NCBI GenBank assembly: GCA_965228475.1 | Contig: OZ245817.1 | Location: forward strand, 2,592,001 to 2,656,000 | Length of the DNA stretch: 64,000 bases | From: Myxococcota bacterium | Lineage (GTDB): Bacteria; Myxococcota_A; UBA9160; JAFDDA01 | Direction of reading: 5' to 3' | Shown: piece by piece, positions 54,954-63,759 of the stretch | Layout: every line of letters starts with the position of its first letter | How positions within the stretch are numbered: the first letter of the stretch is position 1 | The notes under the pieces: generated by a model | The model's database searches: none | What the model saw: the letters and a program-made list of their open reading frames with translations, nothing else | What the model was told of the DNA's origin: nothing | Position numbers and translations under genes: made by a program

Positions 54954-56711
54954 ATGGCCGACCCGATCCGCATCGCCAACTGCTCCGGCTTCTTCGGGGA
55001 CCGCCTGACCGCTGCACGCGAGATGGTCGAGGGCGGCCCGATCGACGTCCTCACCGGGGATTGGCTGGCCGAGCTCACCATGCTGATCCTCGCCCGGACG
55101 CGCATGAAGCACCCGGGCCGCGGCTTCGCACGAACCTTCGTCGCGCAGATGGAACAGGTCATGGGCCCCTGCCTCGATCGGGGGATCAAGGTCGTGAGCA
55201 ACGCCGGCGGCCTCGACCCGGAGAACTGCGCCGAGGCCGTGGCCGAGGTCGCGAAGGAGCTCGGTCTCTCTCCGAAGATCGCCTTCATCCGGGGGGACGA
55301 CCTCCTTCCGCGCATGGACGAACTGATGGCCGCCGACCAGCTCATCCACTTCGAAAGCGGCGAGCCGATCAAGGACGCGGCCTCGTTCCTGACGGCCAAT
55401 GCCTACTTCGGCTGCTGGGGCATCGTCGACGCCCTCGAGCAGGGGGCGGACATCGTGATCACCGGCCGCGCCACCGACGCCGCCATCGTGTGCGGCCCGG
55501 CGGCGTGGCACCACGGCTGGAAGCGGGACGATTGGGACGCGCTCGCGGGCGCGGTGGTCGCCGGGCACGTGATCGAGTGCGGAACCCAGGCCACCGGCGG
55601 GAACTACTCCTTCTTCCACGAAGTGCCCGGCATGGAACGCGTGGGCTTCCCCTTCGCCGAGGTCGCCTCCGACGGCTCTTCGGTGATCGGCAAGCACGAG
55701 GGAACCGGCGGCGCCGTGACCCAGGGCACGGTGACCTCGCAGCTCCTCTACGAGATCGGCGGCCCGGCCTACTTCGGCCCGGACGTCACGGCGCGCTTCG
55801 ACACGATCGCGCTCGAGGACGCGGGACCCGACCGCGTGCGCATCCACGGCGTGAAGGGCGAGCCCCCGCCGCCGACGCTGAAGGTCTGCATCAACCGACC
55901 GGGCGGCTTCCGCAACGACATGAACGTCTGCCTCACGGGCCTGGACATCGAGGCCAAGGCGAAGCTCGTCGAGGACGGGTTCTGGGCCGCCTGCCCCTAT
56001 CGTCCCGAAGACTTCGCCCACGTCTCGACCCAGCTGATCCGCACGGACCAGCCGGACCCGGCGAGCAACGAGCAGGCCGTCGCCATCCTGAAGATCAGCG
56101 CCAAGGACCCGGACGCGAACAAGGTCGGCCGGGCGTTCTCGAACGCCGTGATCGAACTCGCCCTCGCGAACATTCCCGGCTTCTTCGCCGTGGGCGGCGG
56201 TCCCGGGCCGGGCCGGCCCTTCGGCGTGATGGTGCCCGCGAAGATCGCCGCGGAGCTCGTTCCCCAGGAGGTCGTCCTGCGCGCGGGAGAGTCGCGGTCG
56301 GTCTCCTCGGTGAATCCGACGGAGGGAAGCGCCGTCGAGCCGGCCCCGGACCCGGGTACCCCGGTTCCCGGCGGAGGCACCCGGCGCGTTCCGCTCGGTA
56401 CGATCCTCGGCGCACGCTCCGGCGACAAGGGCGGCAACGCGAACCTCGGCGTCTTCGCCCGCAGCGACGAAGCCTTCACCTGGCTCGACGACTTCCTCTC
56501 GACCGAGACCCTGAAGCAGCTCCTCCCGGAGGCGGCCCCCCTCGAGGTCGACCGCTACCGCTTGCCGGCGATCCGCTCCCTGAACTTCGTGATCCACGGC
56601 CTCCTGCAAGAGGGCGTCGCCGCTTCGACGCGCCAGGACCCTCAGGCCAAGAGCCTCGGCGAATGGCTGCGCGCCCGGGTCGTCGAGATCCCGGAAGCGC
56701 TCCTGCCGTGA
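54954..56711 (+). CDS. atuA: Acyclic terpene utilization AtuA-family protein
   Basis: IRIANCSGFFGD, DWLAELTM, GHVIECG.QATGGNY, ARSGDKGG and DPQAKSLGE motifs. Confidence 0.92.
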   Translation: MADPIRIANCSGFFGDRLTAAREMVEGGPIDVLTGDWLAELTMLILARTRMKHPGRGFARTFVAQMEQVMGPCLDRGIKVVSNAGGLDPENCAEAVAEVAKELGLSPKIAFIRGDDLLPRMDELMAADQLIHFESGEPIKDAASFLTANAYFGCWGIVDALEQGADIVITGRATDAAIVCGPAAWHHGWKRDDWDALAGAVVAGHVIECGTQATGGNYSFFHEVPGMERVGFPFAEVASDGSSVIGKHEGTGGAVTQGTVTSQLLYEIGGPAYFGPDVTARFDTIALEDAGPDRVRIHGVKGEPPPPTLKVCINRPGGFRNDMNVCLTGLDIEAKAKLVEDGFWAACPYRPEDFAHVSTQLIRTDQPDPASNEQAVAILKISAKDPDANKVGRAFSNAVIELALANIPGFFAVGGGPGPGRPFGVMVPAKIAAELVPQEVVLRAGESRSVSSVNPTEGSAVEPAPDPGTPVPGGGTRRVPLGTILGARSGDKGGNANLGVFARSDEAFTWLDDFLSTETLKQLLPEAAPLEVDRYRLPAIRSLNFVIHGLLQEGVAASTRQDPQAKSLGEWLRARVVEIPEALLP

Positions 56712-57367
56712 GCCGGCCGGGCAAGAGCCGCCCGCGCGTTCGCTTCAGCGACGTGCGTGCGCCCAAGCCCCTGCTCTCCCGCGAGAGCGAGCGGCGGCTC
56801 AGCGCCCGCCAGCTCGAACTGCTCGAGGAGCTCGAAGCGAAGCTCGTTCGCGGCGGGCTCGGCGAGCTCACCATGTCCGAGATCGCCTCGGACGTCGGCT
56901 GCTCCCTGCGCACGCTCTACGGCATCGCACCGAGCAAGGACGAGCTGCTGCTGCTGGTCGTCGACCGCCGACTCCACCGGATCGGCCGTGCCGCCGTGGA
57001 CGTGCTCGAGGCTGGCCGGCCTCCCCTCGAGACCCTGCGCGCGTACCTGCGCGCCACCAACGAGGCCGTCCAACCGGAATCCGTCGTGCTCTCGGCCGAC
57101 CTCGGCGACGTAGTCGGAGCCGGCGCGCTGTTCGCCTCCCACGAGGGCTACCTGAGCGCCGTCGCGAAGAGTCTGCTCGACCGAGCGGTCGCCGCCGGCG
57201 ACGTCGGCCCCGTCGACACCGCCGCGATCGCCCACGTCCTCGGCGGACTGGGCCGCGAGTTCGCCCGGCCCGAAGTCGTCCGCAAGGTGCGCGGTTCGGC
57301 GAAGGAGACGGCCGACCACCTGACCGAACTCCTGCTCGATGGCCTCCCGCCGGGCCGGAACGCGTGA
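56708..57367 (+). CDS. TetR-family transcriptional regulator
   Basis: LTMSEIASDVGCSLRTLYGIAPSKDEL; GTGA overlap with atuA. Confidence 0.85.
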   Translation: MSRPGKSRPRVRFSDVRAPKPLLSRESERRLSARQLELLEELEAKLVRGGLGELTMSEIASDVGCSLRTLYGIAPSKDELLLLVVDRRLHRIGRAAVDVLEAGRPPLETLRAYLRATNEAVQPESVVLSADLGDVVGAGALFASHEGYLSAVAKSLLDRAVAAGDVGPVDTAAIAHVLGGLGREFARPEVVRKVRGSAKETADHLTELLLDGLPPGRNA

Positions 57368-58320
57368 AGCGCGGCCTGCTCGTCCTGGCCGTCGTCGCGG
57401 GGCTCGCGTTCGCCGCGGTCGAACACCGCCACCGGATCCTGATCCACGCGCTCTCGCTGGCCGGCCCGCCTGCGCTCCTCGAAGCCGGTGAGGAAGGCCC
57501 CGGCGTCCGCTGGCTCGACGACTACTTCACCGTCGAAGCCCTGGACGAGCGCACCTTCGCGATCGGCGAGCCGCGCTACGCCCAGCAGGTGTTCAACTAC
57601 CTGATCGTCGGAGAGACGCGGGCCCTGCTGTTCGACGCGGGGCCCGGACTGCGGGACGTTCGCGCGGTCGCGGAATCCCTCACGGACCGGCCCATCACGT
57701 TCCTGCCCTCCCACTTCCACTACGACCACGTGGGCAACGAGGTGCGCTTCGAACGGGTCGCGCTGGTGGACCTCCCCCACCTGCGGGAGCGTGCCCGGGA
57801 CGGGCGGCTCCGCCTGACCTTCGAGGAGCATCTCGGCGTCGCCGAAGGCTTCGACGCACCGACCTTCGAGGTCAGCGAGTGGATCGCGCCGGGGTCGTTC
57901 ATCGACCTCGGCGGGCGCTCCGTGCAGCTCCTCCTGACGCCGGGGCACACCGAGGAGTCCGTCTCGCTGCTCGACGCCGAGGCCGGGCGCGTCTTCACGG
58001 GCGACTTCCTCTACCCGGGCCCGCTCTACGCCTTCCTTCCGAACAGCGGCATGGGCGACTACCTCCAGGGGGCGGAAACCGTGCTCCGGCTGGCGCCGGC
58101 CGGCGCGAGCGTCCACGGCGCGCACCGGACCGCCGCGCCGGGGAAGCCCGTCCTCGGCCTCGCGGACGTGGAGGATCTGCGCGCTGCGCTGGTGGCGATC
58201 CAGCGCGGAGCGCTCTCGGGGGATGGCTTCTACCCGGTCGAGTATCCGGTCAACGACCGCATCCAGCTCCTGGCCGAGCCGCCCTCGCTTCAGAACTGGA
58301 CGCCGCATCATCCAGAATGA
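57364..58320 (+). CDS. Metallo-beta-lactamase-fold hydrolase with N-terminal signal/anchor
   Basis: LFDAG, SHFHYDHVG, TPGHT, FTGD and GAH motifs. Confidence 0.9.
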   Translation: MKRGLLVLAVVAGLAFAAVEHRHRILIHALSLAGPPALLEAGEEGPGVRWLDDYFTVEALDERTFAIGEPRYAQQVFNYLIVGETRALLFDAGPGLRDVRAVAESLTDRPITFLPSHFHYDHVGNEVRFERVALVDLPHLRERARDGRLRLTFEEHLGVAEGFDAPTFEVSEWIAPGSFIDLGGRSVQLLLTPGHTEESVSLLDAEAGRVFTGDFLYPGPLYAFLPNSGMGDYLQGAETVLRLAPAGASVHGAHRTAAPGKPVLGLADVEDLRAALVAIQRGALSGDGFYPVEYPVNDRIQLLAEPPSLQNWTPHHPE

Positions 58321-58442
58321 AAGTCGCCCGCCGGCGCGCGGGGGCAGCCCCACGGCAGGCCTTCGGCAAGACGCGCCGGACCTTCCCGTCCGCTGGCGCC
58401 TCGGCGACACCGATGGGGTTCAGCCTCGGCCGGCGCTGCCGG

Positions 58443-58460
58443 TTGGACTCACGCTTGCAA
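58443..58460 (+). promoter_or_regulatory. Possible sigma54 promoter of the flagellin gene
   Basis: TTGGACTCACGCTTGCAA (GG-N10-GC with good -12 box and weak -24 box). Sits very close to the start codon, so uncertain. Confidence 0.35.
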
Positions 58461-58471
58461 CACACGAGGGT

Positions 58472-59284
58472 GTGGGACTGCGAATCAACACCAACGTCGC
58501 CTCGCTCCGGGTGCAGCGAAATCTCGCCGAGAACACCCGCCAGATCGGCGTCCTGATGGAGCGGCTCTCCTCGGGCCTCCGCATCAACCGGGCCTCGGAC
58601 GACCCGGCGGGCCTCGCGATCTCCGAGCGCATGCGGGCCCGCATCCGCGGCCTCCAGCAGGCCGAGCGCAACGCCCTAGACGGGATCTCGCTCGTCCAGA
58701 TCGCCGAGGGCGCCCTCGCCGAGAGTGCGAACCTGCTGATCCGCATGCGCGAGCTCGCCATCCAGGCGGCCAACGGCTCCCTCTCGGACGCGGACCGCGC
58801 CTCCATCCAGCAGGAGGTGGACGACAACCTCGCCGAGATCGACCGGATCGCCGCGGTGACGGACTTCAACGGCGTCTTCCCGCTCGCCGGGAGCAGCCCG
58901 ATCTTCCTCGCGATCGACCCGAACGGGAGCGGGATCTCGATCGGCGGCGTCGATGCCTCGGGCGCGGCCCTCGGCCTCGCGAGCGCCGACGTCTCGACCG
59001 CCGACGCCGCCCGGGCCCGGCTCTCGGCGATCGATCAAGCCATCGGCAACCTCTCGAGCCTGCGCGCGACGCTCGGCACGGCCCAGAATCGGATCGAGTC
59101 CGCGATCCGCAGCATCCGGGTGAACATCGAGAACACCTCGGCCGCGGAGTCGCGCATCCGCGACGCCGACCTCGCGGACCTCGTCTCGGAACTCTCGCGG
59201 CGCCAGGTCCTCCAGCAGTTCGGCACCGCGCTGCTGACCCAGGCCAACCTGGCGCCTTCGATCGCCCTGCGGCTCCTGCCCTAG
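58472..59284 (+). CDS. fliC: Flagellin, minimal 270 aa (D0/D1 only)
   Basis: MGLRINTNVASL, ERLSSGLRINRASDDPAGLAIS, RMRELAIQAANG, LGTAQNR, SRIRDAD and QAN terminal motifs. Confidence 0.95.
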   Translation: MGLRINTNVASLRVQRNLAENTRQIGVLMERLSSGLRINRASDDPAGLAISERMRARIRGLQQAERNALDGISLVQIAEGALAESANLLIRMRELAIQAANGSLSDADRASIQQEVDDNLAEIDRIAAVTDFNGVFPLAGSSPIFLAIDPNGSGISIGGVDASGAALGLASADVSTADAARARLSAIDQAIGNLSSLRATLGTAQNRIESAIRSIRVNIENTSAAESRIRDADLADLVSELSRRQVLQQFGTALLTQANLAPSIALRLLP

Positions 59285-59343
59285 CCGCTCCGTCACCCGC
59301 TACCCTCCCGGCGCACCGCAGGGGCGCGGCGAGGAGACGAGAC

Positions 59344-59727
59344 ATGGCGGACGCGGAACGGATTCGATCGATCTACGAGCGCTACCCGGAGCTGGTGAGC
59401 GCGGGCGACGTCGACGCGATCGTCGACCTCTACGCCGAGGACGCGACGATCGAAGACCCGATCGGCTCGGACCTCCACCGGGGACGCGACGCGATCCGCA
59501 AGTTCTACGCCGCCTCGGCCGGGCACGTGACGATGAAGCAGACGGGGCCGGTCCGCGTCGCCGGCCACGAGGCCGCGACGCCCTTCGTCATCCTCATGGG
59601 CCCCGAGGGCGAGCGGCGCGCCCTCGACGTGATCAGTACGATGTCCTTCGACGACGAGGGCAAGGTGCGGGCGATGCGCGCCTTCTGGAGCTTCGATGCC
59701 ATGCGGCCCGCGACCGAGGCCGATTGA
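59344..59727 (+). CDS. Steroid Delta-isomerase (KSI)-like NTF2 protein
   Basis: Tyr14, Asp38 (EDPIG) and Tyr55 at the same numbering as Comamonas KSI; KVRAMRAFW terminus. Confidence 0.82.
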   Translation: MADAERIRSIYERYPELVSAGDVDAIVDLYAEDATIEDPIGSDLHRGRDAIRKFYAASAGHVTMKQTGPVRVAGHEAATPFVILMGPEGERRALDVISTMSFDDEGKVRAMRAFWSFDAMRPATEAD

Positions 59728-59826
59728 CCCCAAGCCGCTCGCGCAGCGGAGCGGCGCGTTCCCCACCGGGCTTGACCCTTCGACGCCCGGGGCGTAGAAG
59801 CACACCTGCGCCATCCGGAGGAACCG

Positions 59827-60234
59827 ATGACCCCTTCCCTGATCGCCCTTTGTGCCTTCGCTCTCTGGACGAGCCTGCTCGTCTTCTCCCTCGCGAACGT
59901 TCGCGTTCTGACCAGCCAGCGTTCCGGCAGACCCGTGAACAGCTTCCGGCCCGATGGGACCGACCTCGAAGGGTTCGGAAGCCGCCTCACCCGGGCGCAC
60001 CTGAACTGCGTCGAGTTCCTGCCGATCTTCGGCGCGGTGATCCTGGCGGCAGCGGCCGCCGGCAAGGGCGCCGTGACCGACGGCCTCGCCATGACGGTCT
60101 TCTACGCGCGCGTGGGCCAGTCCATCGTGCACATCGCGTCGACCTCCGTTCCGGCGGTCCTCGCACGCGCGACGCTCTTCGTCGTGCAGCTCGCGATCAC
60201 GGCCTGGTGGGCGTTCCAGCTCGTCACGGCCTGA
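59827..60234 (+). CDS. MAPEG-family membrane protein
   Basis: RLTRAHLNCVEFLPIF and ARVGQSIVH motifs, four TM segments. Confidence 0.85.
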   Translation: MTPSLIALCAFALWTSLLVFSLANVRVLTSQRSGRPVNSFRPDGTDLEGFGSRLTRAHLNCVEFLPIFGAVILAAAAAGKGAVTDGLAMTVFYARVGQSIVHIASTSVPAVLARATLFVVQLAITAWWAFQLVTA

Positions 60235-60255
60235 GCCCGGCGGAGGCCCGTCTCC

Positions 60256-61251
60256 TCAGGCTTCGAGCAGCTGCTTGCCGAAGTTCGCTCCGGTGTAGAG
60301 CCGCCGGAGCGTCTTCGGCAGGTTCTCGAAGCCCTTCTGCACGTCGACCTGCCAGGCGATCTTTCCGGCGGACACCCACTCGAGCAGCTGGGCCGTCGCC
60401 TCGCCGGCGCGCGGGAGAAAGTCGAGCACCACGAACCCCTCCATGCGCGCGCGCTGGGCGATCAGGCGGTAGTAGTGGCTCGGCCCGGGCGGCAGCTCCT
60501 CCTGCCCGTAGCGCTGGACCGTCCCGCAGATCACGACGCGCGCGCCGCGGGCGATGCGGGCGAGCACCGCGTCGAGGATCGGACCGCCCACGTTGTCGAA
60601 GAAGACGTCGATGCCGTCGGGGCAGAGCGCGGAGAGCCGCTCGCCGACGTCCTCGGACTTGTAGTCGATCGCGGCGTCGAGGCCCGCCTCCTGCGTCAGC
60701 CAGCGGCACTTCTCGGGCCCGCCGGCGATCCCGACCACGCGGCATCCCTGGATCTTCGCGATCTGGGCGGCGACGGATCCCGTCGCCCCGGCGGCTCCCG
60801 AGACCACGACCACGTCGCCCGACTGGAGCTTGCCGATCTCGAGCAGTCCGAAGTACGCCGTGATGCCCGTCATGCCGAGGGCGGAGAGCGCGAGCCCCGG
60901 ATCGACCCCGGGTTCGAGCTTGCGGAGCCCGGCGTCGCCGACGGCGTATTCCTGCCAACCGGTCATGCCGAGCACCGCATCTCCGGGCGCGTAGCCTTCG
61001 AGGCGCGACTCGACCACCTCGGCGACGGCCATCCCCCGCATCACGCCACCGACGGGCACCGGCGGCAGATAGTTCGGTGCGTCGTCGACCCAGCCGCGCA
61101 TGGCCGGTTCGAGACTGAAGAGGCGGTTGCGCACGAGCACCTGTCCGTGGCCGGCCTCGGGCACGGGCGTTTCGGTGAGTTCGAAGTCGCTCTCCTCGAT
61201 CATCCCCACCGGTCGGCGCGCGAGAAGCCACTGCCGGTTCGGCCCGGTCAT
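60256..61251 (-). CDS. NADP-dependent oxidoreductase (CurA/PTGR1-like)
   Basis: SLEPAMRGW, GMTGITAYFGL, SGAAGATGS, FFDNVGG and GANFGKQL motifs. Confidence 0.93.
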   Translation of the reverse strand: MTGPNRQWLLARRPVGMIEESDFELTETPVPEAGHGQVLVRNRLFSLEPAMRGWVDDAPNYLPPVPVGGVMRGMAVAEVVESRLEGYAPGDAVLGMTGWQEYAVGDAGLRKLEPGVDPGLALSALGMTGITAYFGLLEIGKLQSGDVVVVSGAAGATGSVAAQIAKIQGCRVVGIAGGPEKCRWLTQEAGLDAAIDYKSEDVGERLSALCPDGIDVFFDNVGGPILDAVLARIARGARVVICGTVQRYGQEELPPGPSHYYRLIAQRARMEGFVVLDFLPRAGEATAQLLEWVSAGKIAWQVDVQKGFENLPKTLRRLYTGANFGKQLLEA

Positions 61252-61655
61252 CGCGCACCCACGAGAGCCGGTGCGCTCTCCGCCTCGGCGGGAACGAGCC
61301 GGAGGTGCGCCGGCCGCAGCGCGTAGGACGCCGCGCCCAGCGCGAAGACCGCGACCGGGGCCAGGCTCTCGCCGATCGGATCGCCCACGAAGACGTGAGA
61401 GGCCAGCGCGCCTGCGAGGTCGATCGCGAAGCCCGCGTAGGCCCACTCCTTCAAGAGCGGCAGCCCCGGGGCCAGGAGCACCGCCACGCCGGCGAGCTTG
61501 GCGACCCCGAGGATCGTCATCACGTAGGCCGGGTATCCGAGCTTCTCCATCGAGGCCGCGATGGTCTCGAGCTGGAAGAGGTGCCCCACCCCTCCGGCGA
61601 GGAAGACCAGGGAAAAGAGCCCGGTCGCGATCCAGTAGGCGGTCGAACGATTCAT
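61248..61655 (-). CDS. DoxX-like membrane protein
   Basis: YWIATG, LGYPAY...LGVAK and LKEWAYAG motifs. Confidence 0.9.
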   Translation of the reverse strand: MNRSTAYWIATGLFSLVFLAGGVGHLFQLETIAASMEKLGYPAYVMTILGVAKLAGVAVLLAPGLPLLKEWAYAGFAIDLAGALASHVFVGDPIGESLAPVAVFALGAASYALRPAHLRLVPAEAESAPALVGAR

Positions 61656-61723
61656 GGAGACTCCAGGCAGGACCGGGCGCGAGGTGCTGCGGTTTGTACG
61701 ATTGACTAAATCGACCCAGGGCG

Positions 61724-61751
61724 ATTATACAGACGACTAAACCAGGGTCAA
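61724..61751 (-). promoter_or_regulatory. Putative sigma70 promoter for doxX-curA
   Basis: Minus strand TTGACC-16 nt-TATAAT, with TTTAGTC direct repeats at 61704-61710 and 61735-61741. Confidence 0.65.
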
Positions 61752-63067
61752 GCGTCTTCGGGGGCGCTCCGGGCGAGCGTGGCGAGGCGGAGGAGCAGCT
61801 CGGCCTGAAGCGCCTGCTCCCCGGGAGCCAGATCGTGGGAGAGGCCGGCGAGCAGGACCAGCGTCCGGACGACCAGGGCGATGTCGGGCGGGACGGTGCG
61901 CAGCCGGCTCCGCCGCAGGAGGGCCGGGACGCCCGCCGCCGTGCCCGGTCCCTCGCCCTGCCCACGCGCACCCGGCGCTCCGCCGAGGACCGTCCGGAGG
62001 AGCCCCAGCACCGCCTCGGCATCCGAGCCCTCGACGTCGAAGCCGAGGGCGGCGGCCGAACGCGCAAGCCCCTCGGCGTCGCCCGAGAGCCCCTGCATCA
62101 CGAACCGCGCGGCGTCCCGGGCGAAACCCGGCGGGAGTTCCTTGCAGAGCCCGAAGTCGAGCAGGCCGAGTGTTCCCCCCTCGAGGACCAGCAGGTTCCC
62201 GGGGTGCGGGTCGCCGTGGAAGAAGCCGCGCTCGAAGATCATGACGGCGTAGAGGTGGGCCAGGCGGCGCGCCAGCTCGCGCGGATCGTGCCCGGCGGCG
62301 CGCAGGGACGCGACGTCCGTGATGGGGATCCCGTCGAGGTACTCGAGCACGAGCGTGTGGTCGCCGCAGAGCGGCCCGTGCACGCGGGGGACGCGGACGA
62401 AGGCCAGGGTCGAGAGTTCCTTGGCCGCCCGTTCGGTGGACGCCGCCTCCCGTGCGAAGTCGAGTTCGAGGGCGACGAAGCGCGTGATCTCCCGAACGAA
62501 GCTCGGGAAGTCGGTGCCCGAGACGAAGCCGATCACGTGGGACATGAGGCGCCCCATCGCGAGATCGACCGGTGCGATCCGGCCGATCTCGGGGTACTGG
62601 AGCTTCACCGCGACGTCGCTCCCGTCGCGGAGCCGGGCGCGGTGCACCTGCGCGATGGAGGCCGCGGCGAGCGGGCGCTCGTCGAACGCCGAGAAGACCT
62701 CTTCGAGCGGCCGGCCGAGATCGGCCTCGAGCGCCGGTCTCAGGCTCGCGAAGGGCCGCGGCGCCGCCGCGTCGTGGTAGCGGCGCAGCCGGCGCACGAA
62801 GGGTTCGGGAAGCAGGTCCCCGCGCGCGCCCGCGATCTGGGCGAACTTGACCGGCAGCCCGCCGAGATGCGCCACGAGCCGGTCGACCCGCGCCGCCGTT
62901 CGCTCGTGGATGCGCAGCCAGGCCGCCTGGCTCGCCGCTTCGTCCCGGAAGCGGTCGAGGACCCCGGCCCACAGGTACGCGGGCAGACTCCGCGCGACGG
63001 TCCCGCCGATGCACGCCATCCGATAGGGGCGCAGATGACGAAGCCGGGCGCCCAGAGAAAGAGTCAC
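61748..63067 (-). CDS. ABC1/AarF/UbiB-family atypical kinase
   Basis: VKFAQ, LAAASIAQVHRA, VAVKLQYP, ELDF.RE, HGDPHPGN and LDFG motifs. Confidence 0.93.
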   Translation of the reverse strand: MTLSLGARLRHLRPYRMACIGGTVARSLPAYLWAGVLDRFRDEAASQAAWLRIHERTAARVDRLVAHLGGLPVKFAQIAGARGDLLPEPFVRRLRRYHDAAAPRPFASLRPALEADLGRPLEEVFSAFDERPLAAASIAQVHRARLRDGSDVAVKLQYPEIGRIAPVDLAMGRLMSHVIGFVSGTDFPSFVREITRFVALELDFAREAASTERAAKELSTLAFVRVPRVHGPLCGDHTLVLEYLDGIPITDVASLRAAGHDPRELARRLAHLYAVMIFERGFFHGDPHPGNLLVLEGGTLGLLDFGLCKELPPGFARDAARFVMQGLSGDAEGLARSAAALGFDVEGSDAEAVLGLLRTVLGGAPGARGQGEGPGTAAGVPALLRRSRLRTVPPDIALVVRTLVLLAGLSHDLAPGEQALQAELLLRLATLARSAPEDA

Positions 63068-63702
63068 GAGCTCTCCGCGCCCGCGCTTCCGATCACCCCG
63101 TGCAGAAACAATTCGGCGAGGGTGTCCGTCGCTTCCTCGACCGGGATGGCCACGTGCCGCTCGGCCCCGAGGAGTTCCTGACTCGCCCAGAAGGAAACCA
63201 CCAGCGTGACGAGACTCCGCCCCGCCACCCAGGTGTGGAGACGCTTCGCGCGCTCGGCCGGGAGCTTCGCCTCGAGGAACTCGGCGAGCAGGCGGTTCAC
63301 GGGAACGAGAACCTCGGAGACGAAGTGGTCCGCCTTGTCGAGCTGCCCCGGGAGCTCGCGCAGCAGGAGGCCGACGAGATGGCGGCGTTCCTCGAGCGCA
63401 GCCCAGAGGCTCCGCACCAGGGTGCGGACGACCACCTCGAGCGGCTGCTCCTTCCATGCGGCGAGGAGCGCCTCCACGTCGGGACGGAGGCTGTAGCGGC
63501 GCAGGACTTCGTCGAGCAGGGCGAGCTTCCCCGGGAAGTAGAGGTAGAGCGTGCCCTTGGTGAGGCCGACCTCCCGCGCGATGGCGGCCATCGAGGTGCC
63601 GTCGTAGCCGTGACGCCCCCAGAGCCGGATGGCCGCTTCGAGGATCTCCTCGCGGCGCCCCTCGACGAAGGCCTCCCGGTCCTTGGCGGCGATCCTGGGC
63701 AT
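63064..63702 (-). CDS. TetR-family transcriptional regulator
   Basis: GYDGTSMAAIAREVGLTKGTLYLYFPGK. Confidence 0.93.
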   Translation of the reverse strand: MPRIAAKDREAFVEGRREEILEAAIRLWGRHGYDGTSMAAIAREVGLTKGTLYLYFPGKLALLDEVLRRYSLRPDVEALLAAWKEQPLEVVVRTLVRSLWAALEERRHLVGLLLRELPGQLDKADHFVSEVLVPVNRLLAEFLEAKLPAERAKRLHTWVAGRSLVTLVVSFWASQELLGAERHVAIPVEEATDTLAELFLHGVIGSAGAESS

Positions 63703-63712
63703 GGGGTATAGA

Positions 63713-63732
63713 ATGACTGAACGTTTGGTCAT
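63713..63732. promoter_or_regulatory. Putative TetR operator palindrome
   Basis: ATGACTGAAC-GTTTGGTCAT (20 bp, two mismatched pairs) between the divergent TetR and P450 genes. Confidence 0.65.
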
Positions 63733-63759
63733 CCTCAACCCCTGACGACCGAGGACACC

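Noticed and set aside
52986..57367. Very long alternative-frame and antisense ORFs (1207 aa and 1238 aa; also 9603-12296, 19274-22036 and 33938-36754)
   Set aside because: Shadow ORFs expected from high-GC codon bias opposite or overlapping well-supported genes. They are Arg/Pro/Gly-rich with no motifs. Only the TetR tail of the 1238-aa ORF is real.
57364..58320. Metallo-beta-lactamase resistance gene
   Set aside because: Generic MBL-fold HxHxDH hydrolase coupled to a catabolic operon, with no class B beta-lactamase-specific features recognised.
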